Virus record (IMG/VR): IMGVR_UViG_3300025133_000083
Source of the DNA: an uncultured virus (IMG/VR IMGVR_UViG_3300025133_000083)
Taxonomy: Duplodnaviria; Heunggongvirae; Uroviricota; Caudoviricetes
Direction: 5' to 3' (one strand)
Length of the DNA stretch: 64,000 nt
Below, piece by piece: positions 10,570 to 19,207 of the stretch (position 1 is the first letter of the stretch; each line of letters begins with the position of its first letter). The notes beneath the pieces are model-generated. The model ran no database searches and had not been told where the DNA came from. It saw only the letters and a list, made by a program, of their open reading frames with translations. The position numbers were made by a program, and so were the translations under genes.

Positions 10570-10737
10570 TCTTAGGTTTGGTCCTAATTTACCTCCGTTC
10601 TCGTTCATTTTCGAATAAGTGTTACTCTAAAGAACATACCCCCCAAAGAATCGAATATTGACCTTAAGCTGAAACGAGCATCTACTTTACTCACTCCTTG
10701 GAATTGGAGTGCATACATGTTCTTTGGTATTGTAAAT

Positions 10738-11208
10738 TTAAGCGAATTCCTCGTACTTCTCAATTTCAGCCTCAATCCAAGACGCATCGAACTTAACTCC
10801 ACTAGCCAACATGAAGTCCAAGTGCTTCTGAAATAGCCAAGACATATACTGCTTCTTATCTCCGTATTCTACGTGTTCATCTCTTGTAAGCGCCATAAGG
10901 TTCTCGATTCGGTCTTTACTTTTTGAACCCCCGACACCTTTGCAGTCAATATGATGAACGTCAACAGCAGGGCTACCTGAAATCTCCGAAGGAACGTAAT
11001 CTTCGTCACCATACCCGAATTTCGCATAATAAAGGGCTGTGTGAAGTAATTTGTTTCCAACCTTCACTTTAGGCTTGACCTTTATAGGGGCTTGTTTTTT
11101 GCCCGACCACACCCTAGCCGCACAATCCTTACACAATGGAGGATTGGACCTCCAAAGGTATCTCTCTTTATTGCACCCTGAACAGAGTTTTTTCTTAGCT
11201 TTTATCAT
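10738..11208 (-). CDS. HNH-like nuclease with N-terminal CxxC zinc-finger motifs
   Basis: DVHHID...IENLMALTRDEH; CSGC and CKDC. Confidence 0.65.
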   Translation of the reverse strand: MIKAKKKLCSGCNKERYLWRSNPPLCKDCAARVWSGKKQAPIKVKPKVKVGNKLLHTALYYAKFGYGDEDYVPSEISGSPAVDVHHIDCKGVGGSKSKDRIENLMALTRDEHVEYGDKKQYMSWLFQKHLDFMLASGVKFDASWIEAEIEKYEEFA

Positions 11209-11782
11209 TACTACTTATCCATTCTATTGTAGGCTCCCCTTTGTAATCTTTATCCCATACGTACCAAGCATAAGCTATCATTCCGCTGTTTTTCATTCGC
11301 TCCCCATTCTTATACAGCGTAACCCTCTTGCTGAATTGATAAACAGTTTTCAACGGGAATTCAGTATCCTGAAACATCTCATAACGCTTCTCGCTTTCTA
11401 GGAAGACGGTCTTGAGGAACATAGCTATTTTATGGTCGGCACACTTCTTTGCTTGAAGAACGAAGTCTAAGGCATTTCTATAAGGGGGATTGGTTATGAT
11501 ATTACTCGCCTCTACTTCTTTCCATCCACTATTTAGAAAATCAATTCCCGTATGTCCATAACCTCTATCAATAAGATCAGAACTACTCACCGCATAATTG
11601 TGTTTTTCCAACACTTTACTGATGGCTCCATCCCCACAGGCGCATTCCCAAATATTACCGTAAAACTGTTCCCTTTTAAGAAGCTCCTCTACAGCATAGG
11701 CAGGAGTTGGGTAAAAATCGTCTTTCTCCCTAGCTCCATTTGCTCTACTGCTACCTACTATGCTAAGTCCTTTATCTCCCAT
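11195..11782 (-). CDS. DNA amino-methyltransferase (N6-A/N4-C)
   Basis: DFYPTP, WECACGDG SAM-binding motif, ITNPPY catalytic motif. Confidence 0.85.
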   Translation of the reverse strand: MGDKGLSIVGSSRANGAREKDDFYPTPAYAVEELLKREQFYGNIWECACGDGAISKVLEKHNYAVSSSDLIDRGYGHTGIDFLNSGWKEVEASNIITNPPYRNALDFVLQAKKCADHKIAMFLKTVFLESEKRYEMFQDTEFPLKTVYQFSKRVTLYKNGERMKNSGMIAYAWYVWDKDYKGEPTIEWISSNDKS

Positions 11783-12239
11783 TCAATTTATCGTTTCCGT
11801 AGATTGAAATTGCAGCGGCACTCCAAATGTCATTTCCTGCAAGACCGTAAAAGAAGCCCTTATTTGCCTTTGTTCCCTTCCCTCCGAACCTTTCTATCAA
11901 CGCAGCCCTAATGTTGCTGTCCTTCGCTCTTGTCGTGTTACAGTGATGTAATTTGATTTCTGTACGCTTCACCATCTCGTAAGGGATATTATTTTGCTCA
12001 CATAGAAGCTGTAAGCGCCCTATGTATTTACATGTATTGAAAACACTTTGTCCAACAGGCATTCCCATTACTTGAATGTCTTCAATATACACCATAGCAA
12101 TATCGTTCTTAACATAGCTATCCAAAATGCTCCCGAAAAACGACCCGTTATCCACAAGTCCGAATTCCACTACCTTCCCGTCAAACACGCAGAACGCAGA
12201 ACGTACATTCGCAGGGTCTATTCCTATTATTGTTTTCAT
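11772..12239 (-). CDS. RuvC-like Holliday junction resolvase
   Basis: IIGIDP, YIE, C-terminal DIWSAAAI. Confidence 0.7.
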   Translation of the reverse strand: MKTIIGIDPANVRSAFCVFDGKVVEFGLVDNGSFFGSILDSYVKNDIAMVYIEDIQVMGMPVGQSVFNTCKYIGRLQLLCEQNNIPYEMVKRTEIKLHHCNTTRAKDSNIRAALIERFGGKGTKANKGFFYGLAGNDIWSAAAISIYGNDKLNGR

Positions 12240-13504
12240 ATCCTACTCCCAAATTTATCTACGGGTGTCTCCTGCTCATCTAGAGCAACCCCTGTTAGTA
12301 ACCGACCTCCCGTTCCTGTTATGCAGGGAAGCCCTAATTTATCCATGTCTACTTTCAACTCTTCAACACGCCCGAAGACGTTCATATTCCCACACATATC
12401 AACCAACCAAGCTTCCTTGTCAGGATAGTCAGCAGGAAAGCGCATTGCTCTCCCGAACATCTGATAATACATTGACAGGGACCGCATTGGACGGGCAATA
12501 AGAACACAATCCAAATAAGGATGGTCAAAACCTGTTGTCCATACCCCACAATTGACTACGGATTTAAGCTTTCCACTCTTGAAATCAGCCTCTATCTTAG
12601 CTCGTTCCTTTTTAGATGTTTTTCCATGTACGGTTGCGCTATCCTGCAAGGTTGCAGAAACAAACTCCGCATCCTCTACGAAGTTCAAAAACGCAAGAAC
12701 ACTCCTTCCTTTTGCGTTGATACGCTGTATCACCTCCACGACATCCGCCTTAAAGTTGATGGTCTGATAATACTTTTTCAAAGACTGCTCATCGAAGTCA
12801 GCGCCCGTACTGTTCACTTTTAATTCAACTCTATTGAACCTGAAGTTCTTTGCTAGGGAATAATACTTAGTTGGAGCCAAATACCCACGCTTTTTCAACT
12901 CTTCTATTTGAACATAATAAGCCAACTTCCCGAATATCTTAGGACGGGTCCTAGTTATTATCTTCAACATACTTGTGTCGAAAAAGGGGTATAGCCTGAA
13001 TGGAGTTGCTGTAAAGCCCAATACTCTAGGTTTGTGCAACATTGCCAAGAAATCTTTCGTCTGAGAACCTTTAGGATTTACTAAAAAGTGACATTCGTCA
13101 ATTATTATCCTGCGATAAAGCAGGAATTTCTCTACCGAAACGTATTTACCCTTAACCCTAGACATGACGCTTTGTATCGAAGCGAACGTAACATGGCTAA
13201 GATCCTTACGACCTAGAGACGCAGAATAGATGCCCGCTTCCCCTCCGTAGGAAATGTACTTCTCGTAGTTCTGTTTAAGGATTTCCTGCGAAGGCTGAAG
13301 TACAAGAATGGGTTCATCAACCCTATCGGCTATCCCTGCTATACAAATGGACTTTCCGCTTCCTGTTGGAAGTACATGAATTTCATTCGGACCCTTTGTA
13401 GCATTGAAAAAACGAACACCCTCTCGGATACTCTCTTCTTGATAGTCTCTAGGGGTGAACACTTCTCTATTTGGCGTCTTCACTATTTTGAGGGTTGACT
13501 GCAT
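12236..13504 (-). CDS. Superfamily 2 DExH helicase (RadD/YejH-like)
   Basis: PTGSGKS, DECH, TATP, TTGFD, QMFGRAMR. Confidence 0.9.
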   Translation of the reverse strand: MQSTLKIVKTPNREVFTPRDYQEESIREGVRFFNATKGPNEIHVLPTGSGKSICIAGIADRVDEPILVLQPSQEILKQNYEKYISYGGEAGIYSASLGRKDLSHVTFASIQSVMSRVKGKYVSVEKFLLYRRIIIDECHFLVNPKGSQTKDFLAMLHKPRVLGFTATPFRLYPFFDTSMLKIITRTRPKIFGKLAYYVQIEELKKRGYLAPTKYYSLAKNFRFNRVELKVNSTGADFDEQSLKKYYQTINFKADVVEVIQRINAKGRSVLAFLNFVEDAEFVSATLQDSATVHGKTSKKERAKIEADFKSGKLKSVVNCGVWTTGFDHPYLDCVLIARPMRSLSMYYQMFGRAMRFPADYPDKEAWLVDMCGNMNVFGRVEELKVDMDKLGLPCITGTGGRLLTGVALDEQETPVDKFGSRI

Positions 13505-13507
13505 GTA

Positions 13508-13648
13508 TTATTCTCCCGATTCGTATTTCTTTTTCTTGAAAAGGATTTCAGTTAGCTCACTTATTGAAAGTATTAAAAAGGAAACCCCCCAAAGCGCCAC
13601 AACCACCATTAAAACAATGAATTGCCAATCTTCTAGATAGATTATCAT
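13508..13648 (-). CDS. Small membrane protein (46 aa, not in ORF track)
   Basis: MIIYLEDWQFIVLMVVVALWGVSFLILSISELTEILFKKKKYESGE. ATGA overlap with the upstream gene, fills the gap to the helicase. Confidence 0.6.
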   Translation of the reverse strand: MIIYLEDWQFIVLMVVVALWGVSFLILSISELTEILFKKKKYESGE

Positions 13649-13974
13649 TTCCGAACAGGTTTTTCACGTATAACAACCTTGTCGAATACTATCTTTTTCT
13701 CCAAATAGCCTTTCTTTACCCTGTAGTAAATAGCCTGTGCTGTATCGGGTCCCTTATCCTTCACCACCTTAACATCTTTCTCTATTGGTTTTGCATCCAA
13801 TCTAGGACGACCCATTGTAGGTGTATCTCCATCCTTACGAACCAAGACTTCCCTTTTAGCTATCTTCTCAGATATACGGTCTCTATACTCCCTCACGGAC
13901 ATCCATTCAGTACCACTTCCGTCATCCGAAAGGAATACCATATTCTGTCTTTTTTGTTTTTCGTCTTTACTCAT
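13645..13974 (-). CDS. Hypothetical basic protein, possibly DNA-binding
   Basis: K/R-rich with GRPR motif. Start set at MSKDEK, downstream of the minus-strand promoter element. Confidence 0.55.
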   Translation of the reverse strand: MSKDEKQKRQNMVFLSDDGSGTEWMSVREYRDRISEKIAKREVLVRKDGDTPTMGRPRLDAKPIEKDVKVVKDKGPDTAQAIYYRVKKGYLEKKIVFDKVVIREKPVRK

Positions 13975-13995
13975 TTCAATTACATTACGTTTAAA

Positions 13996-14003
13996 CAAAG
14001 TTA
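13996..14003 (-). promoter_or_regulatory. Bacteroidota-type -7 promoter element (TAACTTTG on minus)
   Basis: TAnnTTTG heading the minus-strand operon. Confidence 0.6.
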
Positions 14004-14072
14004 GACAAACTTTCTTTATTGAAAATGAATTTACTTTTCTTTATTAAAGAATTATTGCTTTACTTTAGCCGC

Positions 14073-14312
14073 ATGAAGAAACCCACTATACGAGAAATGT
14101 TAGACCACATTGTAGTAGTTGGTCCGAATGGAGAAAAGTTTGAATTAACAGAAACCCAAAAGAAGGAAGCTGAAATATTTATCCAAATGGCTGAAGATAT
14201 ACGGTCTTGCGGTGAAGGTGAGTGGATGTACCCATACCTAAGAAAATCACACTCCAATCAAAAATGGGAGTACCATTGTAACTCACACGAATTTCCAATA
14301 GAAAAGATATGA
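14073..14312 (+). CDS. Hypothetical protein
   Basis: ATG at 14073; overlaps the next gene by ATGA. Confidence 0.5.
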   Translation: MKKPTIREMLDHIVVVGPNGEKFELTETQKKEAEIFIQMAEDIRSCGEGEWMYPYLRKSHSNQKWEYHCNSHEFPIEKI

Positions 14313-14617
14313 GCAAGAAAAAGAAACCCGAAACTCCGAAAGAGGAGAAGGAAAAGACATATTCCTACAAAGCCTTTACAACAAGAGGGCTGAAGAAAAG
14401 AACCTTTAAAGAGAGTGAGATGACGGAAAGAGATTTCCTTCACTTCTACAAGAACCTAGCTGATGCTTATAACTTGGCTCCATTCGGAGTGAAACTTGCA
14501 TTTATCCAACAGGCAAGCCCTAAAATGCAGGAACATCTTGAGAAGGATTCTACTCAAGCCGCCATTAAAGCAGGAATAATGATGGACGATAGTTCCGATA
14601 TGAAAATTGTTAATTAA
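14309..14617 (+). CDS. Hypothetical protein
   Basis: 102-aa ORF. Confidence 0.6.
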   Translation: MSKKKKPETPKEEKEKTYSYKAFTTRGLKKRTFKESEMTERDFLHFYKNLADAYNLAPFGVKLAFIQQASPKMQEHLEKDSTQAAIKAGIMMDDSSDMKIVN

Positions 14618-14628
14618 AAAGTTATTTG

Positions 14629-14636
14629 TAGTTTTG
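14629..14636 (+). promoter_or_regulatory. Bacteroidota-type -7 promoter element (TAGTTTTG)
   Basis: TAnnTTTG ahead of a long structured non-coding region. Confidence 0.55.
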
Positions 14637-14641
14637 TACCA

Positions 14642-15080
14642 CAGACCTGTCGAAGGGTTGGAAATTGAAAATATTAGAGACAACATAGTTGTTTCGGAAT
14701 TAAGACCCTCTTTGACCCTTCGACACTAAAGGGTCTTTTTTTTGGGATAAACTTTCGATGATCTGAATGAAAGAGTGTCAGACTACCAACAGCAACTTCC
14801 AAAAAACATATTTTCGGATAGAACAGGACGCTTTACGATCGCGGTAGCTGTCTATCTTAAAGGCTACTACGGGAACTTGATATAGCCAAAGGGGAGTGCA
14901 AGAGAACAACCCCATCAAGAGGTCGGCAGATTAGATCTTAAGTTGGTTCTTAGTCATTTGCAACTGTCTTGTAAATGATTGCCTCGATAGAAAACGGCTC
15001 CGCGAAGGAAGTTCGAACATATTAGGGTACTAATCGCACTACTAGATTTTGAAAAATCTCTAGGAAGGCGTGCTGTACCC
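14642..15080 (+). ncRNA. Putative structured ncRNA A
   Basis: About 590-nt ORF-free gap. Stems GATAG(A)ACAG/CTGTCTATC, GGCTA/TAGCC, AGTCATTTGCAA/TTGTAAATGATT, GGGTAC/GTACCC. Shares a motif with 41121-41143. Confidence 0.5.
14702..14743 (+). terminator. Terminator/attenuator hairpin
   Basis: AAGACCCT/AGGGTCTT stem plus T run. Loop is complementary to 14648-14659. Confidence 0.65.
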
Positions 15081-15206
15081 ACTCCTAAAAACTCTCCTTA
15101 AAGGAAGTCAACCCCAATAAGGGTTTAAACCTAAAAGGAGAAAATCTTAAAAAGAATAAAACTTAAAAAGATAAACCTAAAGAAGTAAGAATCTAATGAG
15201 TGTGTT

Positions 15207-15473
15207 ATGAGAAAGAGGAAAGGGAGGCTTAGGAATCCTAAGCTAAAGATTGATTGGTTAAGAGTGGAAGCAGCATTCTACGACCTTCCTGAAATAGGAC
15301 ACGACAAGAATGTTGGGATGATTTCCTTCAGAGGGTCTAAAAGGGAAAGGATGAATGTCTACACAACCACTGCAACAGTTGTAGTTCAACCTAGACATGG
15401 TTCTTGGAGCATAACTAAAGGGAACTCCTTCGAAAAGGTGGTCGCTATAATGAGTGGGTTATCTAGATATTAA
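15207..15473 (+). CDS. Hypothetical protein
   Basis: 88-aa ORF. Confidence 0.55.
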   Translation: MRKRKGRLRNPKLKIDWLRVEAAFYDLPEIGHDKNVGMISFRGSKRERMNVYTTTATVVVQPRHGSWSITKGNSFEKVVAIMSGLSRY

Positions 15474-15534
15474 TACTTGTTAGTTATAAAGTAAATATAT
15501 ACTTTAGCACTTCACTTAACAAGAAGCAGAAAAC

Positions 15535-15825
15535 ATGGCTAGAAGAATAACAAGAACGCAAGAAAGGCACGAAACACAGACTATCAACCGACCTAGATTT
15601 AGGAAAAGTGGAAAGAAAGAAAAAAGAGAGCTAACGGAGGTTGTAAGAATCAACGTTTCAGATGTTTTCATCTTAAAACCATTCCCTTTAAATAGAAGTA
15701 TTCCTACAAGCGGTTTCCTTCATAAGGGCTTGGATACTAAAGAAAAACAGAGAAAGGTTTTGCAGGAGAACTACGGTGACGTAAGATACTCAGGGAAGGA
15801 TAAGTGTTTCTATGTAAATAATTGA
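15535..15825 (+). CDS. Hypothetical basic protein
   Basis: 96-aa ORF with AGAAAAC-ATG leader. Confidence 0.6.
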   Translation: MARRITRTQERHETQTINRPRFRKSGKKEKRELTEVVRINVSDVFILKPFPLNRSIPTSGFLHKGLDTKEKQRKVLQENYGDVRYSGKDKCFYVNN

Positions 15826-15826
15826 G

Positions 15827-16123
15827 ATGAGAAAAGACTACGCAATAGGAATGGTTACTTTAATTATAGGATGGCTTCCTATGGTGTTCATTAACCTGAT
15901 CGGAAATTATTTTGGCGTAACAGCAACTATTATTGCCTTTGCGTTTGGAATCTTTTGTTGTCTTTTCGGGGCGCTTGTTGCGCTTTCATTGGGGATGAAT
16001 AATGAATTTTGGATGTCAATGGAAGATATTCGGAAGGAAAGACGTAAGATGATAGACGCAAGGATTGAGTATAACGCAGCTAAAAAGAAACTTGAACAGG
16101 CTGCATTGAAAGTAGAAAACTAA
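15827..16123 (+). CDS. Two-TM membrane protein with C-terminal coiled coil
   Basis: Two hydrophobic stretches followed by a charged helix. Confidence 0.6.
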   Translation: MRKDYAIGMVTLIIGWLPMVFINLIGNYFGVTATIIAFAFGIFCCLFGALVALSLGMNNEFWMSMEDIRKERRKMIDARIEYNAAKKKLEQAALKVEN

Positions 16124-16135
16124 AAACAAGAAAAT

Positions 16136-16291
16136 ATGAGTTTTGATACATGGTTTGATGAAATGAAAGCCGAATGCAGAGAGTTGGGCTATAAAGGAGT
16201 GATTGACAAGGAATCCTTCAGAATGGATTACGATGAAGGTAAAGATGAATTGGAAATAGCGAAGGAGTTTGTTGCTGAGATGCTAGATTAA
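16136..16291 (+). CDS. Small acidic protein (51 aa, not in ORF track)
   Basis: MSFDTWFDEMKAECRELGYKG...AEMLD, with A-rich leader. Confidence 0.6.
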   Translation: MSFDTWFDEMKAECRELGYKGVIDKESFRMDYDEGKDELEIAKEFVAEMLD

Positions 16292-16309
16292 TTCAACCCT
16301 CTAATTTCA

Positions 16310-16317
16310 TATCTTTG
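16310..16317 (+). promoter_or_regulatory. Bacteroidota-type -7 promoter element (TATCTTTG)
   Basis: TAnnTTTG upstream of 16337. Confidence 0.6.
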
Positions 16318-16336
16318 TCAGTAAACACATCGACTG

Positions 16337-17431
16337 ATGACAACGGGCGTAGATTTACTGAAGCACATAAAAGACGGAATCGACCAAGAGTATAGCGGTT
16401 TCCTCAACACAGACAGGGCAAATAGACTTATTAGAGACTGCGAAATAAAGGTCGCTGAAAAGCACTACAGCACAAGCAAGACACAGAAGCAGTCGGATGA
16501 GCTTTCGCCACTTACACTTCTCGACCAAAGCATAACCGTAAAAAGTAACAGCTTCAGAACGGAGCCTTTACGGATATTCGCTCTTACGGTTGTGGGTACA
16601 ACAGCAACACTTACACTAGAACAGAACCATCAACTGTCTATCGGGGATGCATTGACCCTAGCAGACACACAAGGTTTTACACCCTCATTGGACGGGACTT
16701 ATACCGTCATATCCGTTCCCTCAGCTTTACAGGTAACTTTCACCGTACCTGTAGTAGCGGGAACATGGACGCAGGGTTCGGGAGGCGTTACTCATGCTTA
16801 TATGTTTCCTGAATTACTGCATCCCTTAGCTATTGAAACAACTTTTGCGGAGAATAAGACATTCGAAATAAACGAAACAACAGTAGCCGCAGACCCTTAC
16901 ATTAGTTTCTTACTCCACAACAGTATCCGAACAGGGTCCAAGATCAGAATAAGTGGCGCTTTAGGGGTTACAGGATTGAATGGGGATTTTTATGTTCGTC
17001 AAAGGAATTTGACATCTTATTTCCTGTTTACAGATAGCGCATTACTTGTACCCGCAGTTATTTCGGGAACCTATCAAGGAAGCGGAACGGTTAAAATGGT
17101 AGTTTCTGAATATGCTACAAGGTTGCATTCCGACAGAAGGATTTCAGCTTCTACAAGGAATTCAGATATGTGGACACCCAAATATGGGGTTGACAGCAAT
17201 GCCATTAAACTGTATCCTGACAACGCAGTTTGCGAAACCGTTAAGGTTGATTACATGCGAGATCCGTTTGTAACGATTAACGTAGCAGATACAAGTGTTG
17301 ACCTAGAGAACTACTACACTTTCAAGTACATCATGCGAATAAAGAATGAATGCGTATTGTCATTCATGCTTGAAATGAGAGAGCTTCAACAAACACAGGC
17401 TGAAGCAGCCGTAAACACCGCTAATCCTTAA
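16337..17431 (+). CDS. Putative head-tail ring/adaptor protein with two inserted beta domains
   Basis: Helical termini, IKLYP...VKVDYMRDP adaptor-like segment, two HxLxxGDxxxI...(N/D)GxYxV repeats. Confidence 0.5.
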   Translation: MTTGVDLLKHIKDGIDQEYSGFLNTDRANRLIRDCEIKVAEKHYSTSKTQKQSDELSPLTLLDQSITVKSNSFRTEPLRIFALTVVGTTATLTLEQNHQLSIGDALTLADTQGFTPSLDGTYTVISVPSALQVTFTVPVVAGTWTQGSGGVTHAYMFPELLHPLAIETTFAENKTFEINETTVAADPYISFLLHNSIRTGSKIRISGALGVTGLNGDFYVRQRNLTSYFLFTDSALLVPAVISGTYQGSGTVKMVVSEYATRLHSDRRISASTRNSDMWTPKYGVDSNAIKLYPDNAVCETVKVDYMRDPFVTINVADTSVDLENYYTFKYIMRIKNECVLSFMLEMRELQQTQAEAAVNTANP

Positions 17432-17557
17432 ATCAAAACCACTATCTTCGTAACGCTATCTTGTTGTGAAGAAATTTAACAAAGCCTTTCATTCGATGTT
17501 GCCAAATGCTCAATCGAGCAAACAGGATAGCCTTCATCGTTTGGGAGGTTTTTTATT

Positions 17558-18163
17558 ATGAAGGTTAAAAAGAAATGTTCAGGGTGTTCTAAAAAGAAAC
17601 CACTAGATCGGTTTTATAACAACAAATCAAGGGTTGACGGGAAAAGCGGATTCTGCAAGAGGTGTTATGGAAAGTCAGCACAAAAGTATAACAGAACGAA
17701 AAAAGGTATTGTTAATAGAATTTACTCAAATCAAAAATCACACTCAATAGAAAGAAATCACTCCTTGCCCACGTATAGCAGGGCGCAACTAGGAAAATGG
17801 ATGCTTGACCAATACGTATTTCATAAATTGTACGACAATTGGGTGAAATCGGGCTACGATAAACATGAAACTCCATCAATAGATAGGATAGACGATTATA
17901 AGCCATACACTCTCGACAACATACAGTTAATGACTTGGAGAGAAAACGAGACAAAAGGAAGGTTAGATAGAATAAATGGAATTAACAATAAGTCTAATCA
18001 CACTGTTTCTCAATACACCTTGAACGGAGTGTTCATCCAAACATTCCACTCCATAGCGGAAGCAGCGAGAGTTACTAAAGGAAGCAAAGGGAATATATCA
18101 GAATGTTGTTCAGGGAACAGAAAATCAGCAGGTGGGTTTGCTTACCAAAAAACTAACCCCTAA
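17558..18163 (+). CDS. Free-standing HNH-type homing endonuclease with NUMOD1-like C-terminus
   Basis: CSGC/CKRC, SIDRID...YTLDNIQLMTWREN, VSQYTLNG...SIAEAAR...ISECC. Confidence 0.8.
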   Translation: MKVKKKCSGCSKKKPLDRFYNNKSRVDGKSGFCKRCYGKSAQKYNRTKKGIVNRIYSNQKSHSIERNHSLPTYSRAQLGKWMLDQYVFHKLYDNWVKSGYDKHETPSIDRIDDYKPYTLDNIQLMTWRENETKGRLDRINGINNKSNHTVSQYTLNGVFIQTFHSIAEAARVTKGSKGNISECCSGNRKSAGGFAYQKTNP

Positions 18164-18167
18164 TAAC

Positions 18168-18175
18168 TATCTTTG
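18168..18175 (+). promoter_or_regulatory. Bacteroidota-type -7 promoter element (TATCTTTG)
   Basis: TAnnTTTG between the HNH gene and 18192. Confidence 0.6.
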
Positions 18176-18191
18176 TTAAAATCACTAAAAT

Positions 18192-18848
18192 ATGCCCACC
18201 TTAAAAGAGTCCATTGAGCTATTACAATCATCCGTTGGCGGAGGGGTTTTTACATCTGAGAACCTAGTAGACGTAAAGTTTGCAGAATATGTTCTAGCAA
18301 CAGCTAGAGCGATATGCGTAAGAGAGTTATATCCGACACAGAATAACGTGCATGAGATATACTACCAAACAATCAACCTTCAATACGAAGAATCGTTACA
18401 GGATGACGATTGTTATACGATATTCCGATACCCTGCTATTTTGAATATAAACTCTCAAATAGACGGGCATCAATACGCAGGAACACGAAAAGGGGATAAT
18501 TCTTGGGTAAGAGTAAAGAGTTTAGCGCATTGGCAGAACTTCCTGAAGGCAAGACCATCTAGGATAATTGACCATACCGTGTATTACACATTGAACCCGC
18601 AGACAGAAAGGCTTATTGTATTCAAGTCAGGGCTAAAAGCAGCGACAGGGGTGTCTATATTCCAAGACCCACTTCACGAACTATTACCGTTCAATAAGCA
18701 GGTTGACCAATACCCTATCACGCCTGAATGCCTATCCCTTGCCGAGCAATACCTAAGAGAGGGTAAGTTTGCGAAATACCTTGCAAGACCTTCGAATTTA
18801 GTTGCTAACGGGACTGATGATGTCAACACTATTTCAGCCACTCAATAA
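18192..18848 (+). CDS. Putative tail ring protein
   Basis: Size and position; FQDP...YPI segment resembles crAss-like ring proteins. Confidence 0.5.
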   Translation: MPTLKESIELLQSSVGGGVFTSENLVDVKFAEYVLATARAICVRELYPTQNNVHEIYYQTINLQYEESLQDDDCYTIFRYPAILNINSQIDGHQYAGTRKGDNSWVRVKSLAHWQNFLKARPSRIIDHTVYYTLNPQTERLIVFKSGLKAATGVSIFQDPLHELLPFNKQVDQYPITPECLSLAEQYLREGKFAKYLARPSNLVANGTDDVNTISATQ

Positions 18849-19207
18849 TGGATGGTGTCAATAGAGACATAGAATTTGAGAAGGATTTTTTCAGATACAG
18901 GCAATCCCCTAAAGGAGACAGCACTAGAATGGATGCTATTTGGAGTGTTTGGTCCATTCTAAGGATGAGAGACCTTAAGGCAATCCGAATAAGCCAATAC
19001 AAGACCATTACTGCATGTTTGAAACTTGCAGAGCTTCACTTCAGAATGGATGAAACTGAAATGCCTTACTTTGAGTATGTGAAGTGGTTTACGTACAATA
19101 GAATCCTAACGGGTCCAAATGGAACGGCAAGATGCCAAAGAAGCACCTTGTTCAAGCACCATCCTGAAGGAGCATTTAAAGAACACAAGAAAGAAACCTC
19201 CAAATGA
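18848..19207 (+). CDS. Hypothetical protein
   Basis: Translationally coupled to both neighbours. Confidence 0.55.
   Translation: MDGVNRDIEFEKDFFRYRQSPKGDSTRMDAIWSVWSILRMRDLKAIRISQYKTITACLKLAELHFRMDETEMPYFEYVKWFTYNRILTGPNGTARCQRSTLFKHHPEGAFKEHKKETSK

Noticed and set aside
14770..14890. Group I intron (CAGACTAC and GATATAGCC resemble P7 elements)
   Set aside because: The spacing leaves no room for P3/P8, and no interrupted gene flanks the region.
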